Source of the DNA: Eledone cirrhosa
Taxonomy: Eukaryota
DNA: 64,000 bases
Direction of reading: 5' to 3'
Assembly (NCBI GenBank): GCA_964016885.1
Contig: CAXHJY010001661.1
Location: 22,450-86,449, forward strand
Below the pieces are notes generated by a model. It saw only the letters and a program-made list of their open reading frames with translations, ran no database searches and was not told where the DNA came from. How positions within the stretch are numbered: the first letter of the stretch is position 1; each line of letters begins with the position of its first letter. A program made the position numbers and the translations under genes. This document shows, one piece after another, positions 40,048 to 53,729 of this stretch.

Positions 40048-40158
40048 TTAATCTGTTATTTTAATAAATATTTGCTCTAGGGTTCTTATATATTTGATAT
40101 ATATGTATCCTTATCGAGCCCTCTTTGGATTTTAGTCTTCACATTTATTATTATTACT
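40048..40158 (+). mobile_element. Internally deleted copy of the Penelope-like terminal repeat also seen at 50205-50385
   Basis: Shares TTAATCTGTTATTTTAATAAATA and GCTCTA.GGTTCTTATATATTTG...ATCGAGC.CTCTTTGGATTT with that locus. Confidence 0.6.
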
Positions 40159-40246
40159 ATATATATATATACATACATACATACATACATACATACATAC
40201 ATGCATACATACATACATACATACATACATGTGTGTGTGTGTGTGT
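40158..40246. repeat. Compound (TA)n(TACA)n(TG)n microsatellite
   Basis: Seen directly. Confidence 0.95.
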
Positions 40247-40689
40247 TTACATAATAAATAAAGAAAGAAAATACAACAATGCTGATAAATAAATAAATCA
40301 GTAATGTGCAAAAATGATAGTTTGTATGATTGCCCAAATCTATTAATATGATGACACATGAGTGTGGGGATACAGCGATACAGGGCTATAAAACTGTAAA
40401 AATATCAATTTAAAAAAACATTTGCTGTTGCAAAATCAGGAGGAGTGCAACCCATTTGAGGAAAATATCTTGTGAGATAGACTAGTGAGAGTGGCTGATG
40501 CAATAGTGTTGTTGGCTGTTCTCAGTCGCCTTCACCATTTCCTCAATGGGGCACAATTGAGACATACGACCTAGAATAGGGTGTAGAGTTTGCCATTCCC
40601 TCCTCCTCTCCCTTACTTTCACTATATAATTTTTTTTCCTTCTTTTCCTTTCTATTGTATTATCTTATGTGCTCATGTATAAGGCTTGT

Positions 40690-40892
40690 GAATTGGCAGT
40701 TCAAAAACATTTTTTTGGTATAGAGTAACAGCCCTTTCATGCTCTGAGTTCAAATCTTGCCGAGGTTAGCTTTTCCTTTCATCCTTACAGGGTCGATAAA
40801 ATAAAGTACCAGTAATGCTTTGGAGTCGATTTAATCTAAATTCTCTTTCCCTTGAAATTGCTGGCTTTGTACCACATGCGGAAACAATTATT
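40690..40892 (+). mobile_element. tRNA-derived SINE (long form, diverged)
   Basis: GAGTTCAAATC, core, GTCGATTTAATC, ends GAAACAATTATT. Confidence 0.85.
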
Positions 40893-41875
40893 TTATGTAT
40901 TTTCATTTCGTTTGTTGGCACATTATGAAAGTGGGAGATGATTAAGTAAAAACAAACATATGTAGAATCTGTGATAAAACAAATGAAGGTGATGAATTGT
41001 ATTATGTAAAGAGAGGAAAGTATTGGTGGAATACACAGAACAAATACGGTCTTGTTAAGAGTTAAGATATAGGAATATTAGAATACAAATCACTGGGTGA
41101 TGGTAGATGGAATTCAGAGGCTACATGTGTACACACTTGTACATACAGACAGAGACTAGTTCCAATTCTGAAGTCAACGTAGAGCCAGATTGCCAAATTA
41201 TTGTCTATAAAATAAAATGCACAACACATACTGGATTGAAATACTTGACATACCCTTTTCCTCAAAAGCTATTGCTGGTGTTGTGCTTAAATTAGAAATC
41301 ATTATTGTTGTGTTTGTGCCACTGTGCTGTTGTTACTACTGCTTCTGCTGATACTATTAATACTATGTTTATGGTTTTCTTTCACTGTATTTCCAAGCAC
41401 AGCTCTGTGCACCATGGGTATATGTTTTCAGTTTTGTATTTTATTTTGTACTGGAAGTATTTTACATAATACATGTGCAGTGCTTTGTCATGCTAAGTTT
41501 TGAGCTGTTTGTATTTCTAAGATCTAAGGATTTTGTTTGGTATATCTACATGTTTCTAAATCATTCTCAAGGCATCAATTATCATAGGGAATGTATGTTT
41601 TCAGTCACATTATACTGGTTATCTCTGTTTCCACATATCTATATTTGGATAATTATTCCATTTCTTTTAGAAATATATTATCGCCTGTTTGACACTGAAT
41701 CTTTAATAAGGTGACACTTTGCTTCTTTTCCTACTGGTTCTTGACAACAATATTTGGCTGATTAGCCAGTTTTTCCTTTCTCTGTGTAGATTGACATATC
41801 ACAGACTATGGTCACATCGTGATTTACAGTGACAATTTCTTGGTATGTTTACACAACATTATTTATCATCTGAAT

Positions 41876-42206
41876 GTTCAAATCCCGCCGAGTTCAAATC
41901 CCGCCGAGGTTGACTTTGCCTTTCATCCTTACGGGGTCGATAAAATAAAGTACCAGTAATGCATTGGGTAATTGCTGGCCTTGTGCCTAAAGTAGAAACA
42001 ATTATTTATCATCTGAATCGGGCGGTGGATTGGCAGTATCGGTAGAGGGTCGGACGCCATGCTTTGACGCATAGAATTACGGCTCTTGCCATTCTGAGTT
42101 CAAATCCCGCCGAGGTTAACTTTGCCTTTCATCCTTACGGGGTCGATAAAATAAAGTACCAGTAATACACTAGGTAATTACTGGCCTTGTGCCAAAAGTA
42201 GAAACA
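41876..42206 (+). mobile_element. Two tandem tRNA-derived SINEs (5'-truncated 41876-42001; full-length about 42020-42206)
   Basis: Target ATTATTTA(T/A)CATCTGAAT occurs three times (41858, 42002, 42207); the first copy starts with a direct duplication of GTTCAAATCCCGCCGA. Confidence 0.93.
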
Positions 42207-43566
42207 ATTATTTAACATCTGAATCATTTTATTTTCAAGATCCATGCAAATAAATATTACGCCACTAGATGCATTTCTATTTCCCCAAAGAATGTGAAGC
42301 ACTATCAGCTGATGAAGTAGAATTGTATGTGTATGCTACATCAATTATGTTTAGTTGTAGAATTTATTTTAGTGTTCCATATCATTGTTGAGTATGTACA
42401 TTATGAATGGCTTATTTTGATAGTATTTTGTGTATGCTGAATGAGTTGTGTTGTGTTTTTCATGACAGGTGGTGATTGTGTAGAGAGTATGTTGTCTCAG
42501 TTGTGTTTTATTGTTTGAAGCTGAACAAGTTATATTGTTATTGTTTTTAATTAACTCTCCTTTCTTCAAGGTCACCTCAGCATATTTTTAATTTATAATT
42601 TCATTTAAATTTCTCTAGTAAATATATATAAATTCTCTAGAAGTATTTAGCATCTGTTGCATACATCTTGAGGTCATCCATATATAAGAGATGAAACATT
42701 GCCCTTCTATAGCATTTGAATCCAGATTTAATGATGTGTAAGTTTTAAATTAAAGTTGTTAACACCAGACAAAGGGCAGGGTCTCCTTTGAATAATTCTT
42801 GTGATAAGGGAGTTGGGGTTAGTTTTCTAAGTCCCTCTTTTTCTGAATCTCATGATGTGTTAAATATATTTTTCTTTTATTGGTGCTACTTTACTCATGT
42901 CTAATGTTTCCAGGATTGACCTGTTAAAGGCTTTGTGATAGTCAATCCATGTCAGCCCCCACTCCTTTTTTTGTGCATTTGTTATCTGCAATACAACAGC
43001 AATTAAAGCAGCAGGGAGACAAGTATTGTCTCTGAACCATTCAGGTATTGTTTCCAGATTTGTCAGTAACTTATTAAATATTTTAGCTAGAAAAAAACCA
43101 GACGCTTTTTGATCTTATGACCTAGAGCCTTCCAGATTTTTTTTGGTTTTTTCTTTTGTTACATATGGTCTACTTCTTGTGCTATTAAGGCTTCCCATGA
43201 TTGTTCAGATAATGTTTTCATTGTTTTGAATCATTTTGTCAGAGAAGATTCCTTTGCTGCCCACACTCATCCTCCAAATTCTATTATTTTTCCTGTTGGT
43301 GCTGTATTTATTTTTATTTTATTTTGGCTAATGCTTCATAAAATCATTAGGGGTTGACGACAAACTGTTTGTTTTATTCAATGAAATGCTGTCCCTTTCT
43401 ATGCAATTTAGTTAGGATCTCTTGTTTTAGGCATTTTTTATTTTGTATTCTTCATTTTTTTATCATATTTCTGTAGCATTTTCTCAACTTTGTTGTTTTT
43501 TTTCAGTTTCATTATTGATTTCATTGAGTTAAAACAACTTTTCTCTTATTTTCTATATTTATCATC

Positions 43567-43567
<1 letters not shown>

Positions 43568-43627
<60 letters not shown>
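43568..43627. repeat. (ATT)n microsatellite
   Basis: Seen directly. Confidence 0.95.
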
Positions 43628-45109
43628 GATGTTGTTGTTATCTCAATGGTGCTCTGATTGTAAACATCAGTACTCAGTAAGTTTGTGCGGTTTTCATAAA
43701 TTTCTCTGACAAAAGTTAAAATTTTTATCCTTAATATTGTTTAGGACAACCACAAGAAAAAGTTAGTTTAAACATTTCAATGTCTCCTCTAATTAAGAGA
43801 AGCACAGTTATTTGACCTTTTGATGTAATGAGCAGACAAACATTTTGATTAGAAATGTCAACAAGTTTGACGTTTGAAGAATGATGAGCTGTAAGAGGCA
43901 GCCATCACAGCTTTGGTAGCAGTAATGCTATAACTGTAGTGTGCATGTTAATTCAGAAAGGTAATTTCTTTTTTCTAAAGATTTTTTAGAGAAATATAAC
44001 AACAAATGTTACAGTGTTAACTCTGACAACATCAGCAAGGCTAAGGTGCAATGCAGCAGTATAAACCAGTATAAACAACAACAATGAGAACAAACACCAC
44101 CAATATTGACACAAACAATAGTGGCAAAAGAACAAAACCCAGGAAGAAATCATAAAGCAGTAAAAAGTGAGAAAGATAAAAAAAAGTTTGAGAATATCAA
44201 GGAAATTTGAATGGAGCAGCAACAAGAGAAACAAGAATAAAAAAAGAAACTTTTAACAGCACAAAGTACAAAGAAAAACAAGAATTGTAATACTAAGATG
44301 GGTATCTCACTTGCAATAGCTACAATACAAAGATTCAATACTCACTTCAGTTTAGAAATGGACATATAAAGTGAGTGATATTTTGTTCAGAGGACAAGCT
44401 GCATCCTTCACTGAGGTACCTTGTCCTCTGTAGTTGTATATATATAAAAAGAAATAAGAAGCAAGCAAACGCCATCTGTTGTGCAGGCAAAAGAATGACA
44501 GAAAAATGTGGGAGCAGCATTTGGTACATCAGAAAGTGGAACACATATTGGCCTGTGAAAGCCTTGTTCCAAAGTGTGCAAAAACAGTAAACTAAAATGT
44601 GTCACATAAGAGTTGAACCAAATTCCAAACTATATCAGCCATCTCTCTCTGCCATAACTTTTCACCATGCAATCATGCAATTTTGTTGGTGATTGTATAA
44701 AGAAAACAAGGGAAGGTAATAGACTTTCAGTGTGACTCCCATGAGAAATGCCTAAAAACTCGGTTGACGGTTCAGGTCATAATCACATGACAAAAACATT
44801 TTCATGTTAAAAGATACCAAATCACCTCATGCCATACTCCCTCCTTTTAAAACAGAAACTATGAAACAAACTGTTACCGAAATAAAGAAAATGTGGAAGG
44901 AGAAACAGATGATCAATGGCAGAAAACAGGTGTACAAAACATATAAAGAGGACTCCCCTCCACTGGATGACATGGAAATAACAGTTGTGAGATTTGACAA
45001 CACAACCTCCAGATCAGAGCTGAACATGTATATAAAACTGATAAATAGGTGTATTATGAAAAAAGGCATAAGGGAAAACTGCATCAATATTTTACCATAG
45101 CATCAAATA

Positions 45110-45690
45110 GAAACACTAAGATATTATATGCTTTTCAGCAAAATCAACCCAACAAAATGCTTGTGGCTCCATTTGGTTCATGTTTGTACCACTTCTTTTC
45201 AGTCTTCATATTAAACTGTTGGCATAGCAAGAAGCCAGGGGAGATAGATGCCAACTCATTTGTATAAGCAGTTATACTTAGGCTTAGTATATTTGAGTAT
45301 ATCATACATTTTACTGGTTGCACACCGTGCACTTGATGTCAGTATCTTTATGCATTGTTTTATTCTTTTAGTTGTTAGTGGGTAGATATTGATGCTTGGT
45401 AGCGACAATCAAAGCTATTTCTGCTTTTAGCCCAGAGCTATTGCATTATTGACTTTTTCTTTCTTTTACATCACCTCTATTGAGTCTTACAGGACGTTGA
45501 CTTGGAAGTGGTTTTTCTATTCAATTTCTCAAAAGTATATTTTAAGATTCCATTTAGATCATGTATATTTTTTAACCTTTTCTGTTGTTTTTCCCTTATC
45601 TAAAGCTTATTCTTTAGTGTAGCTTCTTTCTAGTTTGTACTTTGTTTCCTTTTATATTGAGAACATTATTATTCACGCCCCAACTGTGTG
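45110..45690 (-). mobile_element. Second decayed R4/Dong-like fragment (post-RT zinc-finger region)
   Basis: Minus strand gives QYLPT...KDTDIKCTVCNQ, resembling the QDQxLxT...CRxC region; heavily degraded. Confidence 0.4.
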
Positions 45691-47149
45691 CTTCTAGAAA
45701 TCATCATCATCATCATCATCTTCTTCTTCTCATCATCATCACCAACACCATTATTTTAGATAATAATAGGGCTATCAAAATCAAAATTTATATATTACTG
45801 AATAAAATACTTTAAAATTCTTATTTACAAGCCACATGTAACTTAAATATGTTAAGTCTAAAGAGAGCTTGAAGAAGATCAATATCAACATAATCTAGTG
45901 CTTTCATCTATTAAATGCTTTCATCTATTAAAGTTTTAACCTACTATGGTTTTTATGACAACTATATATACACAGAAGATTTTGTGTAAAGCCTCATTCA
46001 GATTGCTCAGAGGAATGTGCTCTAGCTAATCTTCCATTTAACAAGGCCTATATATTTCTGATGGGACACATCTTTGTTAAATAATTAAGTCTGCTTCACA
46101 ATCTTGAGATTCTAGGCTACCCTTTTGAACAAGTGTTGCCTTGAGTTGACGCAAGCTTTGTGAGTGAAACTGGCTAATCTGATAAACTTTATTTGTAATT
46201 CAAAATGATGGCCTTGTTACATACTGTGTCATCTGAATCTCTCTGAGAATTATATTAATTCTGTCAATGAAATATTCAACCGATAGTTCATTAATTTCAT
46301 ATGTATGCCATTTATTTAATTGTAAAATGGAACACTCGTCTCAGAATTAACAAAGGTACACTCAGTTTACATCTTTCATTTAATTAATTTTTAACAAGGA
46401 AAATCTATTCTTAATATACTTAATCTTTTAAAGAAAATTAAAAACAAATTCAATAACTTCTTTCCACGGATTTAATTCCACAGTATTCTTTTTCTTTAGT
46501 TTTCTTATGACACTTCTCACTTATTTTCAGCTTTCTTTATATAACCACAAAATTTTCCCAGTTAAGAGAACTATATACTCCCAGAACCAAACTGGTCACT
46601 AAAATTGGCAAACATATTTTCTACTTCATTGCTTAAAATATCTATTCACTTCTAGTCTATGCAAAATGAAATGGTATTTTTTGTGAATATATATATATAT
46701 ATATATACATACACATGTACAAGGATCAGAGTTCTTTTTTTACAGCTATCATATAGGCCTCATGATATTTTTTATTTATAGTACTTATTGTAGCTTAGTA
46801 CTCCATCATGACTTTGGCAGTTTTATGCATGATTTTATGATTCAATTTCATATTGGTTTTGTCTAAACAACAAATAACAAATAACTTTCACAATTTCATA
46901 CACCATTACATATATTTCTATTTTTTATATATACAATCATGTTTATCAAAGCAACATTCTTTAATGTTCACCATTAGTTTTGTTAAATATATTGAGACAT
47001 TCAAAATGCATAAATCGGAAATAATACTGGGAAAATATTTACTTCTATATTTTAGAATTAGTTTTAGTTTTGCTTTATCACAACTTTTTCAGTAATGTAA
47101 CTGGCTCAAAGAAGTAAGAATATCAATCGATAGTGAGCAAATATATAGG

Positions 47150-47254
<105 letters not shown>

Positions 47255-50026
47255 TTGCTCCAGCTTTCATATAAAAGGAAGTTACATGCCAAAATAACAA
47301 AAAAACATTCTATTCTAATTACAGTTAGGTTGCATTTTTCTTTTCTTACATGGTTATTTTGTAATGGAGAATGGAGAATAAAACCAAATTCACTCAATAA
47401 AAGTTATAATCTATTTCTATATAAACACCATAAAAAAATAAATGTTAGAAAATGCCACTGATAGTTAAGATCCTGTTTATTCCAATGAAGCAGAAGAATC
47501 CTGATAAATTATTTAGTTTTGGAAATGTTGAGGACCCAGCAATATGTTCAATGAATTAAAAGCTAAAAGCACATTTAATTATGTTTTAGATCACCTCACT
47601 TTAATGCATACTAATAAAACCTATACTGACACTTTTATATTCTAGCTATTGTTAAAAACAAAGTAATAACAGAATTAGTAAAATATAAAAAAATAAACAG
47701 TATTTTCAGTCTGGGAAAATTTTTTCCAGCCATGTTTCAGTTACCAAAATCTTCACAATAACTAGTCATTACCAAAACCATCAGCTACTTCATTACACAG
47801 AATTTACATTATCAACTACTGGTAATCTCATATGCAATATGTTATGAAGAATATAAAGTGAACTACTAGAGAGCAACTAAAATTGTAAAAGCTTATGTAA
47901 TTAATCTTATAGGAAAATTCCAAATTTTATACTAGTAATAGTTATACATGATTTGATAGATTAATTTGATGTAATCTGATTTTTGTTCTACGTGAACTGA
48001 TATTTTTCAATATATCTAGTATAATTTTAGTTGTATTTGCAAAAACTGTTGTTTGAGAATCCTTTCTTAAGAATCAGCTATACAATGCAAATCTGAACAC
48101 AGATAAAAAACATAAATAAAATTATATTCAGTATTAGATAACAGTTGTTTTACCAATAAAAATGATATACTATCATTAAAAATATTTGAGTATTTATTTC
48201 TAATTTATATATTTGCTTGGGTATGATAATGGAATGTTTTATATACAAATACAAAATACAATTTTCTTGCTATACAATATTTGTTTTATCATAGAAACTT
48301 TGTTGTTAATAGTCTGTTGTTCAGTAACTATTGGAATGCTTAATAGATAATATGATTGGTAAATATTAGGTAATTACAATCTATTTCTATATACTATCAA
48401 TTATTTAGTGCATTATTGTATGATGGTAACGTTGGGAATATTGTAACTTGGATTCTAATTTTAAACCTATCAGATTCTTTTTTTTTTCTGAAAGAGGGGC
48501 ATGAACTAGCATGACTTGTGAAATCAGTTTCACTAATTATTCCTAAGTTAATATATAATCATACAAACAACTGCTTGATTGATAAATTATTCTACCTGTT
48601 CATAATTATATATTTATTATTTTCTGTGTACTTCAATTTTCAAATATTCTTATTTGTTCTCAAATATCTTACTGAAATAGTATTATATTAGTTTTGTTAA
48701 TTCTAAATTTGGAACTCTATAGTTGTAATTTTACTTATTTTAATGTGTTAGTCACTGTTCAAACAATTCATTAAACATATTTAACAAAATTATAAACAAG
48801 ATTATTTAGTTATCCTTATTTTGTCAAATTTTGTAATGAAAAGGAAAGATTTATTTTGTGCAATATCTACTCATTGTTTACCAAATAAGTATGATACTAT
48901 AACAGTATAGAGTATAGAATATACAGTATAAGAGTATATTAGACATTACGTGATGTTAATTGCAATCAAGGGGAATCATTATATGGTTTTGATGATTTGA
49001 ACATAAAAATCATATTTGTACTAAGAACATATAACCAACATATTTCACTGTATTACCAGTTATTATAATTTGTTTTGCTATGGAATCTTATTCAGGATTA
49101 GTGCTTTTGTGGAAGAAATATAAATTTGTGAACGTTTTATCAACATCTAGGATTTTCCACTATAATATACTTTACTGTAGCTTTAGAAAATAATATTCAG
49201 AGTTTATGAAAAGAAAAGATTTGGCTGTCTTTTGAAGTTAGAAATAGTCATTGATTTTCTAATAGCTAATGCCAATGCATAACATATTTTAGAGCTGTAG
49301 AATTTCTTTTATTTTTAATGTTTATTACTGCATATTACTGAATAAATCTTGAAGCATTTCCTTGAGTAGACTAGAAGAGATCAGTCAAGTAAGGATGACT
49401 GAAGGATCTGTTATTTTTTGTGTGCTATAGCATGAGATCTTTACATACACTCATTTGTTCATATTAAATGTAGGCTGACTAATGTGGGACATAGATTCAA
49501 TTGAAAGGAAATGTAGTAATGATAGAAATACAATAGATTTGAAGTCTCTGAATAACAATGAAATTAAACATAACCATCATCTGATCAATAGGAAGGATTT
49601 TCCAAGTATTATTTTTTATGGTACACAGAACTAAGCAGAAATTAATGATCAGTTGGTTTATATGCTAGTTAAAACCATGTAATTTTCTCCTAACATTAAC
49701 AGTGGTACCCAGCATTGCCCAAGTGCTAAATATGTGAAGATTTTGTTTGAGTTCATTTTAAATGACATAAATTATAATAACTCTTTTCTTTTTCTCTCAT
49801 TTGTCCGATATATTCATCCTACTCTTGAATTCCCATTCCTCTTTCTCTGACGCTTGCATCCAATTTTTAGATATCATTATATCTTCTTCTATTCTTCTAG
49901 TCCTGTAGAAGCCATTTCTATATTAAATATTTATACTCTACTATGTATTAAGTACCTTACTTACTGTGGTTACCCCCCCCCCCCGATTGAAGCCGTCATA
50001 AACACACACACACACATATGTGTGTA

Positions 50027-50091
<65 letters not shown>

Positions 50092-50093
<2 letters not shown>

Positions 50094-50203
50094 ATAATTG
50101 TTTCTACTTTAGGCACAAGGCCAGCAATTACCCAATGCATTACTGGTACTTTATTTTATCGACCCCATAAGGATGAAAGGCAAAGTCAACCTCTCATCCT
50201 TAC
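50092..50203 (-). mobile_element. 5'-truncated tRNA-derived SINE with short inverted junction
   Basis: Reverse-complement 3' half; TAAGGATGA (50168-50176) is mirrored by TCATCCTTA (50195-50203). Confidence 0.88.
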
Positions 50204-50204
50204 G

Positions 50205-50385
50205 TAATAATAATAATAAATTTGAAAATAGAAATCCAAAGAGAGCTCGATAAAGGATAAATATATAGCAAATATATAAGAACCGTAGAGCTGCTTTCAC
50301 CCTTAACGGGATCTTCTGAAGATCCCATTAAGGGTGAAAGCAGCGATTCTTTGCTTAAACTTTAATCTGTTATTTTAATAAATAA
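50205..50385 (-). mobile_element. Penelope-like terminal repeat with inverted hammerhead segment
   Basis: 27-bp arm palindrome 50290-50344 built from (CT)GAAGA-TCCC.TTAAGGGT-GAAA-GCAGC; a second copy of the flanks lies at 40048-40158. Confidence 0.6.
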
Positions 50386-50504
50386 TTAATTGTTTCTACT
50401 TTTGGCACAAGGCCAGCAAATACCCAGTACATTACTGGTACTTTATTTTATCGACCCCGTAAGGATGAAAGACAAAGTTAACCTCGGCGGGATTGGAACT
50501 CAGA
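50385..50504 (-). mobile_element. 5'-truncated tRNA-derived SINE
   Basis: Reverse complement from the B box to the 3' end. Confidence 0.9.
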
Positions 50505-50520
50505 ATATATATATATATTA

Positions 50521-51249
50521 ATCATCATCATCATCATCATCATCATCACCGTTTTACGTCCGTTCTTCCACGCTAGCATGGGTTAGACGGGTTGTCCTGT
50601 TGTGGGCAGTGTCTGGTCGGCTGACCATGCCTTGCTCATACAGGAACTGATTTGGCTTGATTTCTACAGCTGGATGCACTTCCTAACACCAACCTCATTT
50701 ACAGTGAGTGCTGGGTGCTTTTTCGTGGTGCCTACAGAGGTGTAATTGGGTAAGGTCGGCTTTTCTCACCTCATCCCAGGTCATCTTGGGTCTCCCCACT
50801 ACACGGTTTCCATCGACTTCTAGTGCTCTGCACCTTTTTATGCAGCTGTCATCCTTCATACGCATCACATGTCCATACCAACGCAACCGCCTCTCCTGCA
50901 CACAGCATTTGATTCCTCTTATGCTCAGTCTCACTCTCAATTCATTTATGCTTTGTCGTTTGCGTATATTACTATTACATATCCATCGGAGCATGCAGGC
51001 TTCGTTTCTCTCTAATCTACGTAAGTCTTCCACCTTCAGCGCCCAGTTCTCACTACCATGCAACATCGCTGTTCGGATACACGCATCATACAGTCTGCCT
51101 TTCATTTTGAGGGAGAAGCCTTTTGCAGCTAGCAGTGGTAGTAGTTCCTTAAACTTCTTCCATCCCGTTCTTACCCTAGTTATTGTACTTTCTGAACACC
51201 CACCTCCGCTGCTAATTCAGTCACCTAGGTAGCAGAAGCTGTCTACTGT

Positions 51250-51252
<3 letters not shown>
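50521..51252 (-). mobile_element. 5'-truncated RTE-clade LINE
   Basis: ORF 50695-51105 (HGSENW...RRLRWYGHV); (ATC)n tail at 50521-50547. Confidence 0.93.
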
Positions 51253-51304
<52 letters not shown>

Positions 51305-51679
51305 CATATATACTCTCCATATATTCGTATATTTTATTTGTGTATGTGTGTTTGCCTGTGTGGTATTTTGAAAATGCTGGAGTGAATTACCAAGACTTTT
51401 TGTGGTATTGGATTCAAATGCTTTGCAGTATTTATTTGGGCTCCCATTCCCATCCACGTTCTGCCTGTCTAGATGCCTCTATTGGCCTTCATCCTTTGCA
51501 GTCCTACAATTTAGTGACTGTAGTGATCTATCATACCTGCCTTGCAGCATCTCTTCATGCCTCATTCATTCTGACTTTACCTGATTGTTTCTCTGAACCA
51601 CATCAATGACATGGAAATTGGGGGTTTTCATGCATGTTTCACTGTTGTTCTCTCAGTGTATGACCCAAGGACCATATTT

Positions 51680-53320
51680 ACATATAATAATAATGAAATT
51701 ATTGTTTAAAGTGTTCAGGTGCACTACAACTCGTCAAAGGTGTATGTATAGTACATAGAATAATACACAAATGTCAGGGAAGTACATGTGTGTATGTGTT
51801 AGCTGTAGTGTTGGCGGATATCAGGAAGCATGGAGGCCTTAAAGGATGCAGTGTCTCGACAGCTAACAACTGATGCAGGTAGTTTGTTCCATGCTTCAGC
51901 AACTCTGAGCATGAAAAAATGTTTCCGAAAGTCATGGGAACTGTGCTGTTTTCTTACTTTGTGGGAATGTCCACGTGTGTTAGACACATGGAAATCAAAA
52001 AGGTACTCAGGGTTGTTGTTGGCAACATAGTTAACAATTTTGTGGGTGTTTACCAAGTCAGTTGCCAGGCGTCGGAGCTTCAATGTATCTATGCCCAGGG
52101 AAGCAAAGCGCTCAGAGTATGGTAGATGCCTGATGGAGGGTATTCACTTGGTTGCACGTCTCTGAACAGTTTCCAGGCGGTCAATGTTCTGAGCAAGATA
52201 GGGGTTCCAGACTGGTGATGCAAATTCTAAGTGTTGTCGCACCATAGCCATGTACAGCCTTAAATAGATATCTGGAGAGCGGCTGTCAAAGGTCTTGCTG
52301 AGTGATGCCAAGACACCCTCGGCCCTCTTGACAATTTTACAGATGTGCTTCGTCCAACACAAATCGCTGCTGACCGTAATGCCCAGGTCACGTTCACAAG
52401 AAGACTTCTTGATATTAGTGCTGTGGAGGGAGTATGTGGACGCTGGGTTTTTACTCCCAAAATGCATGGTGGTGCACTTGTCCACAGCTAGCTTGAGTTG
52501 CCAGTCTGAGATCCATTGTTGCATTGTGTCCAGGTCAGACTGCAAGCAAGATCTATAGTGTTCAGGATCTGTCCTTTTTATCTCAAGGTACAGCTTGATG
52601 TCATCTGCGTACTTTAGTACTGTGGCATTCTTTAAGTTGGTATCTATGTCATTAATATATGCCACAAACAAAAGGGGGCCAAGAACAGATCCCTGTGGTA
52701 CACCAGATGACATCTCATATGGTGAGGAATGCTGTCCCAGAACCGTGACTACCTCTCTTCGACTGAGAATGAAGGACTTCAACCAGTTAAAAAGATCATC
52801 CTTCACACCCATTGCAGAGAGTTTTGCCATAAGCCTTTTGTGTGGCACAGAATTGAAGGCTTTCGCAAAGTCAAGGTAAACAACATCCACCGATGAGCCG
52901 CCATCAGTGATCCAGGTGATGTCCTCAAGAAACTCTATAAGTTGATCACAGCAGCTGGTGTTGAGGATAAATCCAAATTGCGAGGGCTGGATAAGACTGT
53001 GAGAGCTCCAGAAGTTCCAAAGTGTTTCTCTAACACAGGATTCCATCAGTTTGGCGATGCAACTAGCAAGACTGACTGGACGATAGTTCACAGGTGATGT
53101 GCGGTCACCCTTTTTGAACAGAGGAATGACACTGGCAGTTTTCCACTGTTCTGGAGTAACACTGTTGTTCAGACAGAATTGGAAGAAGCGTGATAACTAG
53201 TGCAGAAGGAAGTACCCACCTCGTTTAAGAAGCAGGTACGTAACACCATCAAGACCAGGAGAAGCATGGTTGCATTTGTTTTTTAGGTGACGTCGCAGCA
53301 TTGCAGGTGTAAATTCCAGT
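51680..53320 (-). mobile_element. 5'-truncated CR1-clade LINE with RT domain
   Basis: SPGLDG, WKTASVIPLFKKG, NYRPVSL, YLDFAKAF, GVPQGSVLGPLLF, YADD, ERDLG, LEFASPVWNP, TRGH, RVAEAWNKLP in one frame with nonsense codons near 53180 and at 52144-52146. Confidence 0.95.
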
Positions 53321-53729
53321 ACATATCCAGTATAGTGTGCTTATATGCACAATATATGTATATATATAAAGATAGAGTCTTATCTGATGAACATGTGAGT
53401 GAACAGGTGAAATGCTAGAGTAACAAAACTCATCATTTAGCCATAATAAAAAATATATCCAAATCCATCTCACTCTTGTTGTTCATAAACCGTTAATTTC
53501 TCTTTATTGCTTCACATCTCCCTCTCTCCTTTTCCCTCTCCATCTTTGCAACATAATGTAAACAACAACCCATTAATTTTAATTTATATTTAAATTTATC
53601 ATCCCCTATTTTAATGGCTTAATAATAGCATTGTCTCTTTCCGTTATCAGTATGATATTGTGATATTAAGGCTTTTATCCTTCACATAGGAGACGTACTT
53701 CTCCTAAAATGTATGTATATTTTTAAATA

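Larger units (their letters stand above)
41380..43900 (-). mobile_element. Decayed R4/Dong-like non-LTR retrotransposon (RT + restriction-like endonuclease)
   Basis: Minus strand gives WIDYHKAF (about 42925-42950), HLLYMDDLKMYA (about 42657-42695) and a TI..DMSIYT...ANQPNIVVK PD-(D/E)xK-region remnant (about 41735-41815). Interrupted by SINEs and (ATT)n. Confidence 0.7.
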
